DNA from: Deferrisomatales bacterium
Lineage (GTDB): Bacteria; Desulfobacterota; Deferrisomatia; Deferrisomatales; JACRMM01
Assembly (NCBI GenBank): GCA_033551855.1
Contig: JAWSUI010000023.1
Span: forward strand, 1 to 55,505
DNA length: 55,505 bases
Direction: 5' to 3'
The position numbers and the translations under genes are program-made. Positions 18,839-30,115 of this stretch are shown here, in pieces. Within the stretch, counting starts at the first letter, position 1, and the number at the start of each line of letters is the position of its first letter. The notes beneath the pieces are model-generated. The model saw only the letters and a program-made list of their open reading frames with translations, searched no databases and had not been told where the DNA came from.

Positions 18839-19971
18839 AGAAGGCAGTGCTCGCCCTGGCCGACGGTACCGTCTACCCGGGCTGGTCCTTTGGGGCCGAG
18901 GGGGAGACCGTCGGCGAGGTGGTGTTCAACACCAGCATGACCGGTTACCAGGAGGTTCTCTCCGACCCCTCCTACAAGGGCCAGATGGTGGCCATGACCT
19001 ACCCGGAGATCGGCAACTGCGGGGTGAACGAGGAGGACTACGAGTCGGGGCGGATCCACGTGGAGGGGTTCATCGTCAAGGAGGCGTGGGAGACCCCGTC
19101 CAACTGGCGCGCGACGAAGAGCCTTCCCCGGTTTCTCCGGGACCAGGGGATCATCGGGATCCAGGGGGTGGACACCCGGGCGCTCACCCGGCGCCTGCGC
19201 GAGCACGGGGCAATGATGGGCGTGATTTCCACGGAGGACCTGGAAGGGAGCCGCCTGGTGGAGAAGGCACTGGTTGCGCCGAGCATCGAGGGCCGAGACC
19301 TCGTCCGGGAAGTCACGTGCGAAAAGCCGTACCGCTGGGATACCGCGGACTGGGCGCCGGGGGAGGGCTACCGGACCCCTCGCCGTCCGGGGCCATACCG
19401 GGTCGTGGCCTACGACTTCGGCGTCAAGCACAACATCTTGCGCCGCCTCACCGCCGTGGGCTGCGACGTCACCGTGGTGCCCGCCCAGACGCAGGCTCAG
19501 GAGGTGCTCGCCATGGGCCCCCATGGGGTCTTCCTGTCCAATGGGCCGGGGGACCCCCAGGGTGTTCCCTACGCGGCCCAGGCGGTCCGGGACCTGATGG
19601 GCAACGTGCCGATCTTCGGCATCTGCCTGGGCAACCAGATCATCGGCCTGGCACTGGGGGGCACCACGGTGAAGCTCAAGTTCGGCCACCACGGGGGCAA
19701 TCAGCCCGTGAAGGACCTGGCCACGGGGCGGGTGGAGATCACGAGCCAGAACCACAACTTCGTGGTGGACCTGGAGAGCCTCTGCCGGTCGGAGCACGCC
19801 GACGCCGTGGAGGTCTCGCACCTCAACCTCAACGACCAGACGGTCGAGGGCATCGTGCACAGGGATCTGCCCCTGTTCAGCGTCCAGTACCACCCCGAAG
19901 CGAGCCCCGGCCCCCACGACGCCTCCCACCTCTTCCGGCGGTTCGTGGAGTTGATGGAGAAGAGCGGGTGA
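18835..19971 (+). CDS. carA: Carbamoyl-phosphate synthase small subunit
   Basis: [40 protein letters not shown]. Confidence 0.98.
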   Translation: MKKAVLALADGTVYPGWSFGAEGETVGEVVFNTSMTGYQEVLSDPSYKGQMVAMTYPEIGNCGVNEEDYESGRIHVEGFIVKEAWETPSNWRATKSLPRFLRDQGIIGIQGVDTRALTRRLREHGAMMGVISTEDLEGSRLVEKALVAPSIEGRDLVREVTCEKPYRWDTADWAPGEGYRTPRRPGPYRVVAYDFGVKHNILRRLTAVGCDVTVVPAQTQAQEVLAMGPHGVFLSNGPGDPQGVPYAAQAVRDLMGNVPIFGICLGNQIIGLALGGTTVKLKFGHHGGNQPVKDLATGRVEITSQNHNFVVDLESLCRSEHADAVEVSHLNLNDQTVEGIVHRDLPLFSVQYHPEASPGPHDASHLFRRFVELMEKSG

Positions 19972-20075
19972 CGGGTGTCGAGGCAGGGGAGACGCCTGTA
20001 AGGGCGAAGAAGAGCAAGGGCTGTTTTACCAGAACGCCCTTCCTGCAAAGAATTTCGTGAGAGAAAGCTGACCCC

Positions 20076-23000
20076 ATGCCAAAGCGCACCGACATCGAGA
20101 AGATCTTGATCATCGGCGCCGGCCCGATCGTCATCGGCCAAGCCTGCGAGTTCGACTATTCGGGAAGCCAGGCCTGCAAGGCGCTTCGGGAAGAGGGGTA
20201 CACCGTGGTGCTCCTCAATTCGAACCCTGCCACCATCATGACCGACCCGGAGTTGGCGCACCGCACGTACGTGGAACCCGTGACCGTGGAGTCGGTGGAG
20301 CGCATCCTCGAACGCGAGAGGCCCCAGGCCCTTCTCCCGACCCTGGGGGGGCAGACGGCGCTCAACACGGCGGTGGAGGCCGCGAAGTTCGGCATTCTGG
20401 ACCGGTACGGAGTGGAACTGATCGGCGCCAAGCTCCCGGCCATCCACAAGGCCGAAGACCGGGCCCAGTTCAAGGAGGCGATGCAGCGGATCGGCCTGGA
20501 CCTCCCTCGGTCGGGCTACGCCCACAGCCTCGCCGAGGCGCTGCGCATCGTCGAGGAGATCGGGTACCCGGCCATCCTCCGGCCCTCCTTCACCCTGGGG
20601 GGTTCGGGCGGGGGCATTGCGTACAACCGCCAGGAGTACGAGAAGATGGTCCTGTGGGGGTTGGACCAGAGCCCGGTCAACGAGATCCTGATCGAGGAGT
20701 CGGTCATCGGCTGGAAGGAGTACGAGCTCGAAGTGATGCGCGACGCCAAGGACAACGTCGTCGTCATCTGCTCCATCGAGAACCTGGATCCCATGGGCGT
20801 CCACACCGGCGACTCCATCACCGTGGCGCCGGCCCAGACCCTCACGGACAAGGAATACCAGGTGATGCGGGACGCGGCCATCGCCGTGATCCGCGAGGTC
20901 GGGGTGGAAACCGGCGGGTCCAACATCCAGTTCGCGGTGGACCCCCGAACCGGCCGCTTGGTGGTGATCGAGATGAACCCGCGAGTGAGCCGGTCCTCGG
21001 CTCTCGCCTCCAAGGCCACGGGCTTCCCCATCGCCAAGATCGCAGCCAAGCTCGCGGTCGGCTACACCCTGGACGAGATCCCGAACGACATCACCCGGGA
21101 GACCCCGGCCTGTTTCGAGCCGACCATCGACTACGTGGTCACCAAGATCCCTCGTTTCGCCTTCGAGAAGTTCCCGAAGGCGGACGGGACCCTCACCGTG
21201 CAGATGAAGAGCGTCGGCGAGGCCATGGCGATCGGACGAACGTTCAAGGAGAGCCTGCAGAAGGCCGTGGCCAGCATGGAGCAGGACCGCTACGGCCTGG
21301 TGTCCCCCTTGCGGGGGCGCGAGGGGATGGACGACGAGGAGTTGCGGGACGAGATCGTGAGAAAGCTCCGGGTGCCGAACGCCGACCGGCTCTACTGGCT
21401 CGCCGAGGCCTACCGGCGAGGCTTTCGGTTGGAGCAGATCCAGGGGTTCACGGGGATCGATCCGTGGTTCCTGGAGAACCTGCGCCAGATCGTGGACTTC
21501 GAGGAGGAGGTCCGCACGTTCCGGAGCTCGCGAGGCGGGCCGGGACGCCCCCCCGCCGGGGTGTTGCGGGAGGCCAAGGAGTGGGGTTTTACGGACCTGC
21601 GCCTGGGCCAGCTCCTCGGAGTGCCGGAGGCAGATGTGCGGGGGTGGCGCCGAGAGGACGGCACCCGGGCGGTCTTCAAGCTCGTGGACACCTGCGGGGC
21701 GGAGTTCGCCGCACAGACCCCCTACTTCTACTCCACGTACGAGTCCGAGTGCGAGGCGGCCCCCACCGACCGCCGCAAGGTGATGATCCTCGGGGGGGGG
21801 CCCAACCGCATCGGCCAGGGGATCGAGTTCGACTACTGCTGCGTCCACGGAGTCCTCGGGCTCTCCGCGGACGGGTTCGAGACCATCATGGTCAACTGCA
21901 ACCCGGAGACGGTCTCCACGGACTATGACACCTCCGACCGGCTGTATTTCGAGCCGCTGACCCTCGAGCACGTCCTGAACATCGTGGAGCGCGAGATGCC
22001 CTGGGGGGTGATCGTCCAGTTCGGGGGGCAGACACCCCTCAAGCTCGCCAAGGCGCTGGAGGCAGCGGGCGTCCCCATCATCGGCACCTCCCCGGAATCG
22101 ATCGATCTCGCCGAGGACCGCGAGCGCTTCCAGAAGCTCCTTCGCGAGCTGGGGCTGAAACAGCCCGAAAACGGGATCGCGCGAAGCGCGGAGGAGGCGG
22201 AGGCGGTCGCCCGGGCCATCGGCTACCCCGTGGTGGTGCGCCCCTCCTACGTGCTGGGGGGGCGTGCGATGGAGATCGTGTACGACGAGAGGGCCCTCAA
22301 GACCTACATGCGCGACGCCGTCGACGCGAGCCCGGAGCACCCCGTGCTGGTGGACAAGTTCCTCAACGACGCCATCGAAATCGACGTGGATGCCGTCAGC
22401 GACGGCACCCGCGTCGTGATCGGCGGGGTAATGGAGCACATCGAGGAGGCCGGGGTCCACTCGGGGGACTCGGCGTGTTCCCTCCCCCCCTACAGCCTCG
22501 GGGCGGATCTGGTGGAGGAGATCCGCCGCCAGACCGTCGCCCTGGCCCTGGGCCTTCGGGTCGTCGGCCTGATGAACATCCAGTTCGCGGTCCAGAACGG
22601 CACCATCTACGTGCTGGAGGTGAATCCTCGGGCCAGTCGCACGGTCCCGTTCGTCTCCAAGGCGACCGGTGTACCCCTGGCCAAGCTCGCGGCCCGGGTC
22701 ATGGCGGGAAGGACCCTTGAGGAACTGGGCTTTACCGAGGAGGTCGTCCCCCGCTACGTGAGCGTGAAGGAGGCGGTCTTCCCGTTCGTGAAGTTCCCCG
22801 GGGTCGATACCACCCTCTCTCCCGAGATGAAGAGCACCGGTGAGGTCATGGGTATCGACTTCGAGTTCGGCAAGGCCTTCGCGAAGAGCCAGATCGCCGC
22901 GGGCAACCGGCTTCCAACGGCAGGGACGGTGTTCCTCTCGGTGCGGGACGAAGACAAGCCCGCCGCGGCCCAAGTGGCCCGAAGGCTTGCGGAGGAGGGG

Positions 23001-23321
23001 CTTTCGCTCATCGCCACCCGGGGCACCGCCGCCTTCCTGGAGGGGGAGGGCGTCCCGGTGCGGACCGTGCTCAAGGTGCAGGACGGCCGTCCCAACGTGG
23101 TGGACGTGATCGTCAACGGGGAGGTCGATCTCCTCATCAACACCACACAGGGCGCCAAGGCGATGGCCGACTCCTATCACATCCGTCGCACCGCCCTGGA
23201 GTACCAGATCCCCTACTTCACCACGATGGCCGGAGCGCGGGCGGCCGTCTCGGCCATTCGCAGTCTGCGGCGGTCGGAGCTTGGCGTGACGTCGCTCCAG
23301 GAGTATTACGGCACCCAGTAG
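20076..23321 (+). CDS. carB: Carbamoyl-phosphate synthase large subunit
   Basis: [37 protein letters not shown], second ATP-grasp half, MGS-like C-terminus. Confidence 0.99.
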   Translation: MPKRTDIEKILIIGAGPIVIGQACEFDYSGSQACKALREEGYTVVLLNSNPATIMTDPELAHRTYVEPVTVESVERILERERPQALLPTLGGQTALNTAVEAAKFGILDRYGVELIGAKLPAIHKAEDRAQFKEAMQRIGLDLPRSGYAHSLAEALRIVEEIGYPAILRPSFTLGGSGGGIAYNRQEYEKMVLWGLDQSPVNEILIEESVIGWKEYELEVMRDAKDNVVVICSIENLDPMGVHTGDSITVAPAQTLTDKEYQVMRDAAIAVIREVGVETGGSNIQFAVDPRTGRLVVIEMNPRVSRSSALASKATGFPIAKIAAKLAVGYTLDEIPNDITRETPACFEPTIDYVVTKIPRFAFEKFPKADGTLTVQMKSVGEAMAIGRTFKESLQKAVASMEQDRYGLVSPLRGREGMDDEELRDEIVRKLRVPNADRLYWLAEAYRRGFRLEQIQGFTGIDPWFLENLRQIVDFEEEVRTFRSSRGGPGRPPAGVLREAKEWGFTDLRLGQLLGVPEADVRGWRREDGTRAVFKLVDTCGAEFAAQTPYFYSTYESECEAAPTDRRKVMILGGGPNRIGQGIEFDYCCVHGVLGLSADGFETIMVNCNPETVSTDYDTSDRLYFEPLTLEHVLNIVEREMPWGVIVQFGGQTPLKLAKALEAAGVPIIGTSPESIDLAEDRERFQKLLRELGLKQPENGIARSAEEAEAVARAIGYPVVVRPSYVLGGRAMEIVYDERALKTYMRDAVDASPEHPVLVDKFLNDAIEIDVDAVSDGTRVVIGGVMEHIEEAGVHSGDSACSLPPYSLGADLVEEIRRQTVALALGLRVVGLMNIQFAVQNGTIYVLEVNPRASRTVPFVSKATGVPLAKLAARVMAGRTLEELGFTEEVVPRYVSVKEAVFPFVKFPGVDTTLSPEMKSTGEVMGIDFEFGKAFAKSQIAAGNRLPTAGTVFLSVRDEDKPAAAQVARRLAEEGLSLIATRGTAAFLEGEGVPVRTVLKVQDGRPNVVDVIVNGEVDLLINTTQGAKAMADSYHIRRTALEYQIPYFTTMAGARAAVSAIRSLRRSELGVTSLQEYYGTQ

Positions 23322-23496
23322 GGTACTGAAAGACCCCCTCCACGGGGTTTTCCGGTGAGGGCTCTCGAGGACGGCCCCCTCGAACCCTCACGAATCCCTG
23401 TGCCTTTCAAGCTCCGAGATTCGGCGCCCCCTCCGTGGGGCGCACCGCAGGCCGTTTTAGGAGGTCGGGACGCTGGGAAGCCGCGAGACCGGAACG

Positions 23497-25491
23497 ATGG
23501 GGAGGCAGGGAGCCCCGGGGCAGCGGGCCGCTGGGGCCGCCGCGCCGGATCCCCGTGGGAGGGACGCAGGAGGTGAAGGGATCCGGCCGCGCCTGCTGTG
23601 GTCGCTGGTCTCGGTCTGCCTGTTGGTCGGCCTCGCCGCCGTGCCCGCGAAGGCAGCGGCCCCCCAGGAAAGCCTGGTGGTCGGGCTGAAGGCCTACCAG
23701 GACGGGTTCCACGATCTGGCCGTCAAGGAGCTTCGGGCGTTCCTCGCGGCACGGCCGACGGACCCTCGGCGCGCCGACGTGCTGTACGTCCTGGCCCAGG
23801 CCGAGCTTGCCCGCGGCGACGGGCAAGGGGCTCGGCAAGCCCTGGGAGAGCTCTCCGGGCTCGCGAGCCCGCGGGCCGTCGAAGCCCAGTACTGGCTCGG
23901 CTGGCTCGCGATCCAGGAGGGAAACCAGGCCGAGGCGCTGGCTCGGATGGACAGGTACCTGGCCGCAGGCGGAGGGGAGCGGACCCGGGAGGCCCTGTAC
24001 CTGGCCGGGGAAACGGCCCTTTCCCTGGGGCGGTGGCCGGCGGCCGCCGATCGGTTCGAGCGCTTTCTGGAGGTCGCCCACGGCGATCCGAGACGCCCCT
24101 CGGTTTGGGTGAAATGGGTGCGGGCGCGGGCGAACACCGATCCGGCCGGGGCCGCGGGTGCGGCCCGCCGAGCGCTCGGCGCACCCGAGGTGGCGGGGGA
24201 CGGGGCCGTCGCCGAGACCATTGCCCTTCTCGGTATCCAGGCAGCGCGGACAGGGGAGGATGCCGCTGCCGAGGCCGAGCTCTGGGCGGTGCTGGCAGCG
24301 CGGGCCCGGGACCCGGGCCTCCGGCGCCGAGCCCGCTACGAGGAAGGCGCGGCCCTGGTTCGAGCCGGGGAGGAGATCCGCGCCCGAGAGGCACTCGAGG
24401 GCTACCTCCGTGAGGCCCCGGCCGGGGAGCACGCCGGCGCTGCCCACCTCGCCCTCGCAGACCTCGCGCGGCACGGGCCACCGGCAGGAGGGGACGTCGC
24501 GCTCGCCCTGTCCCACCTCTCGGCGGCTCTGGCCCTCCCCGAAGACCCCGAGGTGGCGGTCCGGAGGGTGGAATTGCGCCAATCCGCGCTCTCCCTGGCG
24601 CTGTCCCTGGGGGACCGGGGCGCTGCCGCGGGGTACGCGCGCGACCTCTTGGCCGACGAGAGCGTGCTGCCCGTCGAGGAGCGGGCCCGGGTGCACCTCA
24701 CCCTGGCGGCCGCGGCGGCCTCGCTGGAAGAGGCGTTGCGGCACTGGCAGGCGGTGCCGGAGGAGGCCAGCCGATTCCGAGAGTCGCGCCTGGTGGCGGC
24801 GCAGGCGCTCCTGGAGGCGGGGCGCCCCGCCGAGGCCCTGGCGATCCTGGACATCGTCCTGGCCGCAGAGGCTCCTGGCTCGGAGGCCCTCCTCACGGCC
24901 CTGGCTGCCGCCGAGGACGGGGGCGACCATCGACGGGCGGCGGAGCTGGCGGGGAAGCTCGCCGCGCTGGAGCCTGTGGGGACCGCGGGGGCAGGGCTGC
25001 TCCAGCGGAAGGCCCGCGCCCTTCGCGCCCTCGGCGACGACGATGCCTATGCCCAGGCTCTGGAGGAATTGGCAGCCCGGCCCCCCGAGGAGCTCGGGGT
25101 GTCGTGGGCCGCCACGGAGCTCGCCGGCAGGGCCTTTCCTCAGGGCGACTGGGACGGGGTGCTTCGTTGGGGGGCGGTGGCCCGGGCCGGCGCAGGTCTC
25201 TCGCCGGTCTCGGAGGCCGCCCTGGCCCTCCAGGAGGCGGAGGCGCTGTGGAGGTTGGGCCGCGCCGACGAGGCGCGAGAGGCGTTTGCCGCGCTCGCGG
25301 CCCGACAGGGTCCCGGCAGGCCGGCGGCCTTGGCCCGTCTCGGGGGCCTTCTCGAGGAGGCCGGCGACCCGACGGGGGCAGTCCGCGCCTACCGGGAGGC
25401 TCTGGCTTCCGGCCTCTCGGGGGGGGCCGTCGAGTGGGTTCGAGAGCGGCTGTCGGCCTTGGAGGAGGGTGAAGGAACCGGCGTGCGGTGA
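23497..25491 (+). CDS. Secreted tetratricopeptide-repeat protein (start uncertain)
   Basis: Signal-like segment LLWSLVSVCLLVGLAAVPAKA; TPR-like repeats (LYVLAQAEL, AQYWLGW, ALYLAGE); stop lies just before pyrK. Confidence 0.7.
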   Translation: MGRQGAPGQRAAGAAAPDPRGRDAGGEGIRPRLLWSLVSVCLLVGLAAVPAKAAAPQESLVVGLKAYQDGFHDLAVKELRAFLAARPTDPRRADVLYVLAQAELARGDGQGARQALGELSGLASPRAVEAQYWLGWLAIQEGNQAEALARMDRYLAAGGGERTREALYLAGETALSLGRWPAAADRFERFLEVAHGDPRRPSVWVKWVRARANTDPAGAAGAARRALGAPEVAGDGAVAETIALLGIQAARTGEDAAAEAELWAVLAARARDPGLRRRARYEEGAALVRAGEEIRAREALEGYLREAPAGEHAGAAHLALADLARHGPPAGGDVALALSHLSAALALPEDPEVAVRRVELRQSALSLALSLGDRGAAAGYARDLLADESVLPVEERARVHLTLAAAAASLEEALRHWQAVPEEASRFRESRLVAAQALLEAGRPAEALAILDIVLAAEAPGSEALLTALAAAEDGGDHRRAAELAGKLAALEPVGTAGAGLLQRKARALRALGDDDAYAQALEELAARPPEELGVSWAATELAGRAFPQGDWDGVLRWGAVARAGAGLSPVSEAALALQEAEALWRLGRADEAREAFAALAARQGPGRPAALARLGGLLEEAGDPTGAVRAYREALASGLSGGAVEWVRERLSALEEGEGTGVR

Positions 25492-25538
25492 CCGCGCGAC
25501 CCTGCGACGCGGGGGCTCCGCCGATGGGAGAGAACGGC

Positions 25539-26327
25539 ATGGATGACCGCGCCTTGGTGGTGCATCGGGAGAACGTGGGCGGAGAGTACCATCGCCTCAG
25601 GCTGCGGCCGGCCGAGCCCTTCGCCGCACGCCCGGGGCAGTTCGCCATGGTGAAAGTCGCCGAGGGCCTGGATCCCCTCCTGCGCCGGCCGCTGAGCATC
25701 CACCGCGTCCCGGCCTCCGACACGGGGGAGTTCGAGGTGCTCTTCCGGGCGGTGGGTACCGGCACCCGGCGGCTGGCCCACGCCCGGGTGGGGGACACCC
25801 TGGAGGTCCTGGCACCCCTGGGGCGGGGCTTCCGCCTGGAAGAAGGCCGCGCCCTCCTCGTGGGGGGGGGGATCGGTGTAGCGCCGCTTCTCTTTCTCGC
25901 AGAGGAGCTCCTGGGTCGAGGAGTCGGCCCCAAGCTCCTCCTCGGAGGGAGGGCGGACCGCGACGTCCTGTGCCACGACGACTTCAGCTGCCTGGCCGTA
26001 CCGTGCTCCCTGGCCACGGAAGACGGCTCCCTGGGGGAGCCTGGCCTGGTCACCCGGCTGCTGGAGCGAGAGCTCGAGGGGGGGCCAGGCGATGCCGTCG
26101 TGTACGCGTGCGGGCCGGCGGCCATGCTGGCCGCGGTGGCCCAGCTCTGCCGCGAGGCGGCCGTGCCGTGCCAGGTCTCCTTGGAGGCTCACATGGCCTG
26201 TGGGGTCGGAGCGTGTCTCGGCTGTGTGGTCCCGGGAACCCGCGAGCCCTACCTCCGGGTCTGCAAGGAGGGCCCGGTCTTCGATGCCGCAGAGGTGAGC
26301 TGGGCCGGCCTGCTGGCTGCTCGGTGA
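25539..26327 (+). CDS. pyrK: Dihydroorotate dehydrogenase electron transfer subunit
   Basis: PGQFAM, LRRPLSI, GGGIGVAP, ACGP, MACGVGACLGC..RVCKEGPVF 2Fe-2S motif. Confidence 0.93.
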   Translation: MDDRALVVHRENVGGEYHRLRLRPAEPFAARPGQFAMVKVAEGLDPLLRRPLSIHRVPASDTGEFEVLFRAVGTGTRRLAHARVGDTLEVLAPLGRGFRLEEGRALLVGGGIGVAPLLFLAEELLGRGVGPKLLLGGRADRDVLCHDDFSCLAVPCSLATEDGSLGEPGLVTRLLERELEGGPGDAVVYACGPAAMLAAVAQLCREAAVPCQVSLEAHMACGVGACLGCVVPGTREPYLRVCKEGPVFDAAEVSWAGLLAAR

Positions 26328-26435
26328 CCCCGTCGAAGGTCCGGCGCCCCGGGGTCGGTTCGGCCCTGACCGTGGCCCCGGGCCGACCCCAGGGGAGGCT
26401 GCGCCCCGAGGGGACCTGAAAGCGACGGCACGGGT

Positions 26436-26647
26436 TAGCACCAGGCCGGGAGCTGAGCCAGAGTCGGGCGCGGGGCCTCCTGGAGAACGGGCAGGCGGCC
26501 TTGGAACGATGCTCCGGGCGCACCGAAGGGCCGCAGGGCCGCTCGAAACCGCTTCGCGAACTGCACGGCGCGCCGGGACCCTGCCCGCCGGAGGGAAGGT
26601 CTCGCGCCGAACGAACGCGGAGACCCGCTCGCTCGTCGCAGTATTAG
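26436..26647. repeat. MITE-like repeat family 2
   Basis: Aligns inverted with 41398-41600 over about 190 nt; ends TAGCAC...GTATTA. Confidence 0.7.
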
Positions 26648-26973
26648 CGGGGCTCCACCAAGTAGCCGGCCAGGGCGTCGCGCTCCTCCGCGCTCAGAGG
26701 CTGCAGCTTCTCGATCGGTTTGGTCATCGACCGCTCGTACTTGCCGGTATCCATCAGGGGGTCCCCCTTTCCCTCGAGCAGGGACACCATGGCGTCCTTC
26801 TTCCCCGCGTAGACCTCCGCGATCTGCTGCAGGGAGGGTCCCATCGCCGCGGCATCCTCCTTGTGGCAGACCCCACAGCGTTGGGCCTCGAAGATGGCCT
26901 TGCCGTCCGCCGCGAAGGCGGCGGGGGTCAAGGCGAGCAGGGTGCCGGCGAGGGGGGCGAGGATGCGCTTCAT
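26644..26973 (-). CDS. Monoheme class I cytochrome c
   Basis: Signal peptide, ADGKAIF, CGVCH heme motif, GPSL..IA, distal Met candidate; GGAGG RBS. Confidence 0.88.
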   Translation of the reverse strand: MKRILAPLAGTLLALTPAAFAADGKAIFEAQRCGVCHKEDAAAMGPSLQQIAEVYAGKKDAMVSLLEGKGDPLMDTGKYERSMTKPIEKLQPLSAEERDALAGYLVEPR

Positions 26974-27232
26974 GGGCTGGACCTCCTGGATTCCGGGTGG
27001 CCGGGTCTCCGGCCGGAGACCTGGGACGAGGCGAATTGTAACCACTGCCGCCGACGCGTCAAGTGGGTCGGCGGCGCTCGGACGCGGCGGCGCTCCACGA
27101 GTCCTTCCGCGGTCTCCTGCCGAGGAAGGGGCGACGAACCCGGGAGTTGTTGGAAATACTCGGTTTCCTTGACCTTGTCCCGCCCTGTCTGGTACCGTCG
27201 GGTTCTGCCCCGTGCCCCGGAGAGCCCCGTTC

Positions 27233-27883
27233 ATGCCCCAGTTCTCGACCCTCCTGTGGGAGATCGCCATCGTGGCGTTCCCCGTGTTGCTGGCCATTAC
27301 GTTCCACGAGGCCGCCCACGGGTACGCCGCCGACCGCCTGGGCGACCCCACCGCCCGGCGGGCGGGCCGCCTCAGCCTCAACCCGCTGCGCCACCTGGAC
27401 CCGGCGGGCACCCTCGTGTTCGTCGTGACCCGGATGATCGGCTGGGCGAAGCCTGTCCCCGTCAATCCGGTGTACTTTCGGCATCCCCGGCGAGACATGC
27501 TCTGGGTGGCCGTCGCGGGGCCGGCGGCCAACCTGGCCCTCGCGGCCGCGTTTGCCTTTGTCCACAACCTGTTGAGCCTGGGGGCGCCTGGGGGGCGGGG
27601 GGAGGCTTGGGGATTCCTCCTGGCCGTTTCCCGGGTAGGAGTCCTGGTGAACCTGGGGCTCGGGATCTTCAATCTGCTCCCGATCCCGCCCCTGGACGGG
27701 AGCCGCATCCTCGCCGGAATCCTGCCGACCCGGGCGGCAGGGGCGGTCTATCGCATGGAACGGTATGGCTTCGTGCTGCTGTTGCTGGTGGTGTTCTCCG
27801 GCGCCCTCGAGCACACCCTGTACCCGATCCTGCGGGTGGCGGCCCGGGCCCTCCTCGGGGCGCCGCCCGTCCTGGGGGGATGA
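27233..27883 (+). CDS. Site-2 protease family (M50) membrane metalloprotease
   Basis: HEAAHG, GRLSLNPLRHLDP, GWAKPVPVN, AGPAAN, NLLPIPPLDG. Confidence 0.94.
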   Translation: MPQFSTLLWEIAIVAFPVLLAITFHEAAHGYAADRLGDPTARRAGRLSLNPLRHLDPAGTLVFVVTRMIGWAKPVPVNPVYFRHPRRDMLWVAVAGPAANLALAAAFAFVHNLLSLGAPGGRGEAWGFLLAVSRVGVLVNLGLGIFNLLPIPPLDGSRILAGILPTRAAGAVYRMERYGFVLLLLVVFSGALEHTLYPILRVAARALLGAPPVLGG

Positions 27884-28659
27884 TGACCGAAGCGAACGCG
27901 GGCATCCTGTTCGAGGAGGGGCACACGTACAAGGTGCGGCTGGAGGGGTTCGAGGGCCCCCTGGCCCTGCTCCTGCACCTCATCCGCAAGCACCGCTACG
28001 ACATCTACGACATCCCGATCGCGCGCATCCTGGAAGAGTATCTGCAGGCGCTCGAGTGGATGCGGGAGCTGGACCTGGACCTCGCGGGAGATTTCCTCGT
28101 CATGGCCGCGACCCTGGCAGAGATCAAGTCCCGCATGCTCCTGCCGGTGCCCGAGGAGCTCGAGCAGGAGGAAGGGGAGGGGGAGGATCCTCGGGCGGAG
28201 TTGGTGCGCCGGCTGCTGGAGTACGAGAGGATGAGGGAAGCGGCGCTGGGCCTCGAGTCTCTGCCCCAACTCGGCCGAGACGTCTTCTCCCGGTCCGGGC
28301 CGTCGCCGGAGCTCGACGAACTGGTCGGCACGGAGGTCCCCCTGGAGCTGGATCTCTTCCAATTGCTGCTGGCACTGAAGGGAGTCCTCGAGGGCGCCTC
28401 GGAGGAGCACGTGCACGAGGTGGTGCGCCAGCGGGTGTCCATCCAGGAGGCGATCCAGGACGTACTCGACCGCCTGCGGGGGCTGGCTCCGGGGACGGGT
28501 TTGCGCTTCGAGGACCTCTTTCCCCCTCGGCCGTCGCGGTCGCGGGTCGTGGCGACCTTCCTGGCGCTTCTGGAGCTGGTGCGGTTGAGGGCCCTGCGCG
28601 TCGTGCAGGCGGCCCCCTTCGCCGAAATCCGGGTGTACGCCGTGCCGTCGGAGGAGTGA
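27880..28659 (+). CDS. scpA: Segregation and condensation protein A
   Basis: FEGPLALLLHLI, FLVMAATLAEIKSRMLLP, EDPRAELVRRLLEY, TFLALLEL. Confidence 0.95.
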   Translation: MMTEANAGILFEEGHTYKVRLEGFEGPLALLLHLIRKHRYDIYDIPIARILEEYLQALEWMRELDLDLAGDFLVMAATLAEIKSRMLLPVPEELEQEEGEGEDPRAELVRRLLEYERMREAALGLESLPQLGRDVFSRSGPSPELDELVGTEVPLELDLFQLLLALKGVLEGASEEHVHEVVRQRVSIQEAIQDVLDRLRGLAPGTGLRFEDLFPPRPSRSRVVATFLALLELVRLRALRVVQAAPFAEIRVYAVPSEE

Positions 28660-29301
28660 TTGGACACCGAGCGGATCATACGGATCCTGGAGGCGCTGCT
28701 CCTGGTCTCCCCGGAGCCCGTGCCGCTGGCCCGCCTGGAGGAGGTCTTCGCCCCCGACGGGGTGCCGGGGGAGAGGGTGCGGCAGGCACTGGCGGTGTTG
28801 GGTGATCGGTGCAAAGGGCGCGGTGTGGAGGTTCGGGAGGTGGCGGGCGGGTACCAGCTACGCACGAGACCGGACGTGGCCCCTTGGCTGGCCCGGCTCG
28901 AAGCGCCCAAGGCCGCGCGCTTTTCCCGCCCGGCCCTCGAGGTGCTGGCCATCGTTGCCTACCGCCAGCCGGTGACGCGGGCGGAGGTGGAGGAGGTGCG
29001 GGGCGTCGACTGCGGGGGGGTGCTCAAGACCCTTCTCGACAAGGGGCTCGTTCGGATCCTCGGAAAGAAGGACGTGGCGGGCCGGCCGTTGCTCTACGGC
29101 ACCAGCCGGAAGTTCCTGGAGTCCTTTGGGCTGTCTTCCCTGGCGGATCTGCCGAGTCTCCGGGACATCGAGGACCTCCTCGCCGAGCGTGCCGAGGCGG
29201 TCATCGATGACGGCACCCTGTCGGGGGGAGGGACCTCCCCCGAAGAGGGTCCCTTCGAGGGCGACGTCTTCGCCGGACCGGGAGAGCCCCGTGCCCCTTG
29301 A
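28660..29301 (+). CDS. scpB: Segregation and condensation protein B
   Basis: LEALLL, EVAGGYQLRT, ALEVLAIVAYRQPVTRAEVEEVRGV, GRPLLYGT..FL..FGL..L.DLP. Confidence 0.95.
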   Translation: MDTERIIRILEALLLVSPEPVPLARLEEVFAPDGVPGERVRQALAVLGDRCKGRGVEVREVAGGYQLRTRPDVAPWLARLEAPKAARFSRPALEVLAIVAYRQPVTRAEVEEVRGVDCGGVLKTLLDKGLVRILGKKDVAGRPLLYGTSRKFLESFGLSSLADLPSLRDIEDLLAERAEAVIDDGTLSGGGTSPEEGPFEGDVFAGPGEPRAP

Positions 29302-30115
29302 GAGGCTTCAGAAGCTTCTGGCGTCCCGCGGCCTCTGCTCCCGGCGCGAGGCGGAGGAGTGGGTGCGAGCCGGCCGCGTCCGGGTCAACGGCCTGGTGGT
29401 GCGGGAGCTCGGAGTCAAAGCCGACCCCGAGAGCGACCGTGTCGAGGTGGACGGGAAGCCCCTCCCGGGGGAGGCACGGCATTTCGTGGTGGTGCTCAAC
29501 AAGCCCATCGGCTACGTGTCGACGGTGCGGGACCCCCACGCCGAGCACACGGTCATGGAGTTGCTGGAAAGAGTCCGGGGTCGGGTGTACCCGGTCGGCC
29601 GGCTCGACCGGGACTCGCGAGGGGTGCTCCTCTTGACGAACGACGGGGACCTCGCCCACCAGCTCCTTCACCCCCGCCACCAGGTCGAGAAGGTCTACGA
29701 GGTCACTGCTGCTGGCGACCTGGGGCCCGAGGGACTGGCAAGGTTGTCTGCGGGGCTCGAGCTCGACGACGGTCCCACCGCCCCGGCCCGCGTGTGGGCC
29801 GTGTGCCCCACCGCCAGCGGGGTCCGCTTCCGGATCGCCCTGAAGGAGGGGCGCAAGCGCCAGGTTCGGCGCATGGTGCAGCACCTCGGGGGCCACGTGG
29901 TCGACCTCGTGAGGTTGTCCGTGGGGCCGGTGACGGCCGAGGGCCTGGCCGAGGGAGCCTGGCGCTATCTGAAGCCGGACGAGGTGGAGGCCCTGCGCCG
30001 TGGGGACCCACCCCCCGGTCCCTCCGAGACGGGACGAAGGAGCCATGGGAGAACGGGAAGATCCAAGGGGACAAATCGGGGCGCTCCGCGACGCCATCGA
30101 CCGGGTGGACGCTGA
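29291..30115 (+). CDS. rluB: Ribosomal large subunit pseudouridine synthase B family
   Basis: S4 domain ERLQKLLA..SRR, NKPIG, PVGRLD, LLTNDG, EGRKRQVRRM. Confidence 0.9.
   Translation: MPLERLQKLLASRGLCSRREAEEWVRAGRVRVNGLVVRELGVKADPESDRVEVDGKPLPGEARHFVVVLNKPIGYVSTVRDPHAEHTVMELLERVRGRVYPVGRLDRDSRGVLLLTNDGDLAHQLLHPRHQVEKVYEVTAAGDLGPEGLARLSAGLELDDGPTAPARVWAVCPTASGVRFRIALKEGRKRQVRRMVQHLGGHVVDLVRLSVGPVTAEGLAEGAWRYLKPDEVEALRRGDPPPGPSETGRRSHGRTGRSKGTNRGAPRRHRPGGR

Noticed and set aside
19701..23180. Very long antisense ORFs (also 34328-37552 and 50413-52923)
   Set aside because: Shadows of carB, acnA and mukB expected in high-GC DNA; no recognisable motifs.
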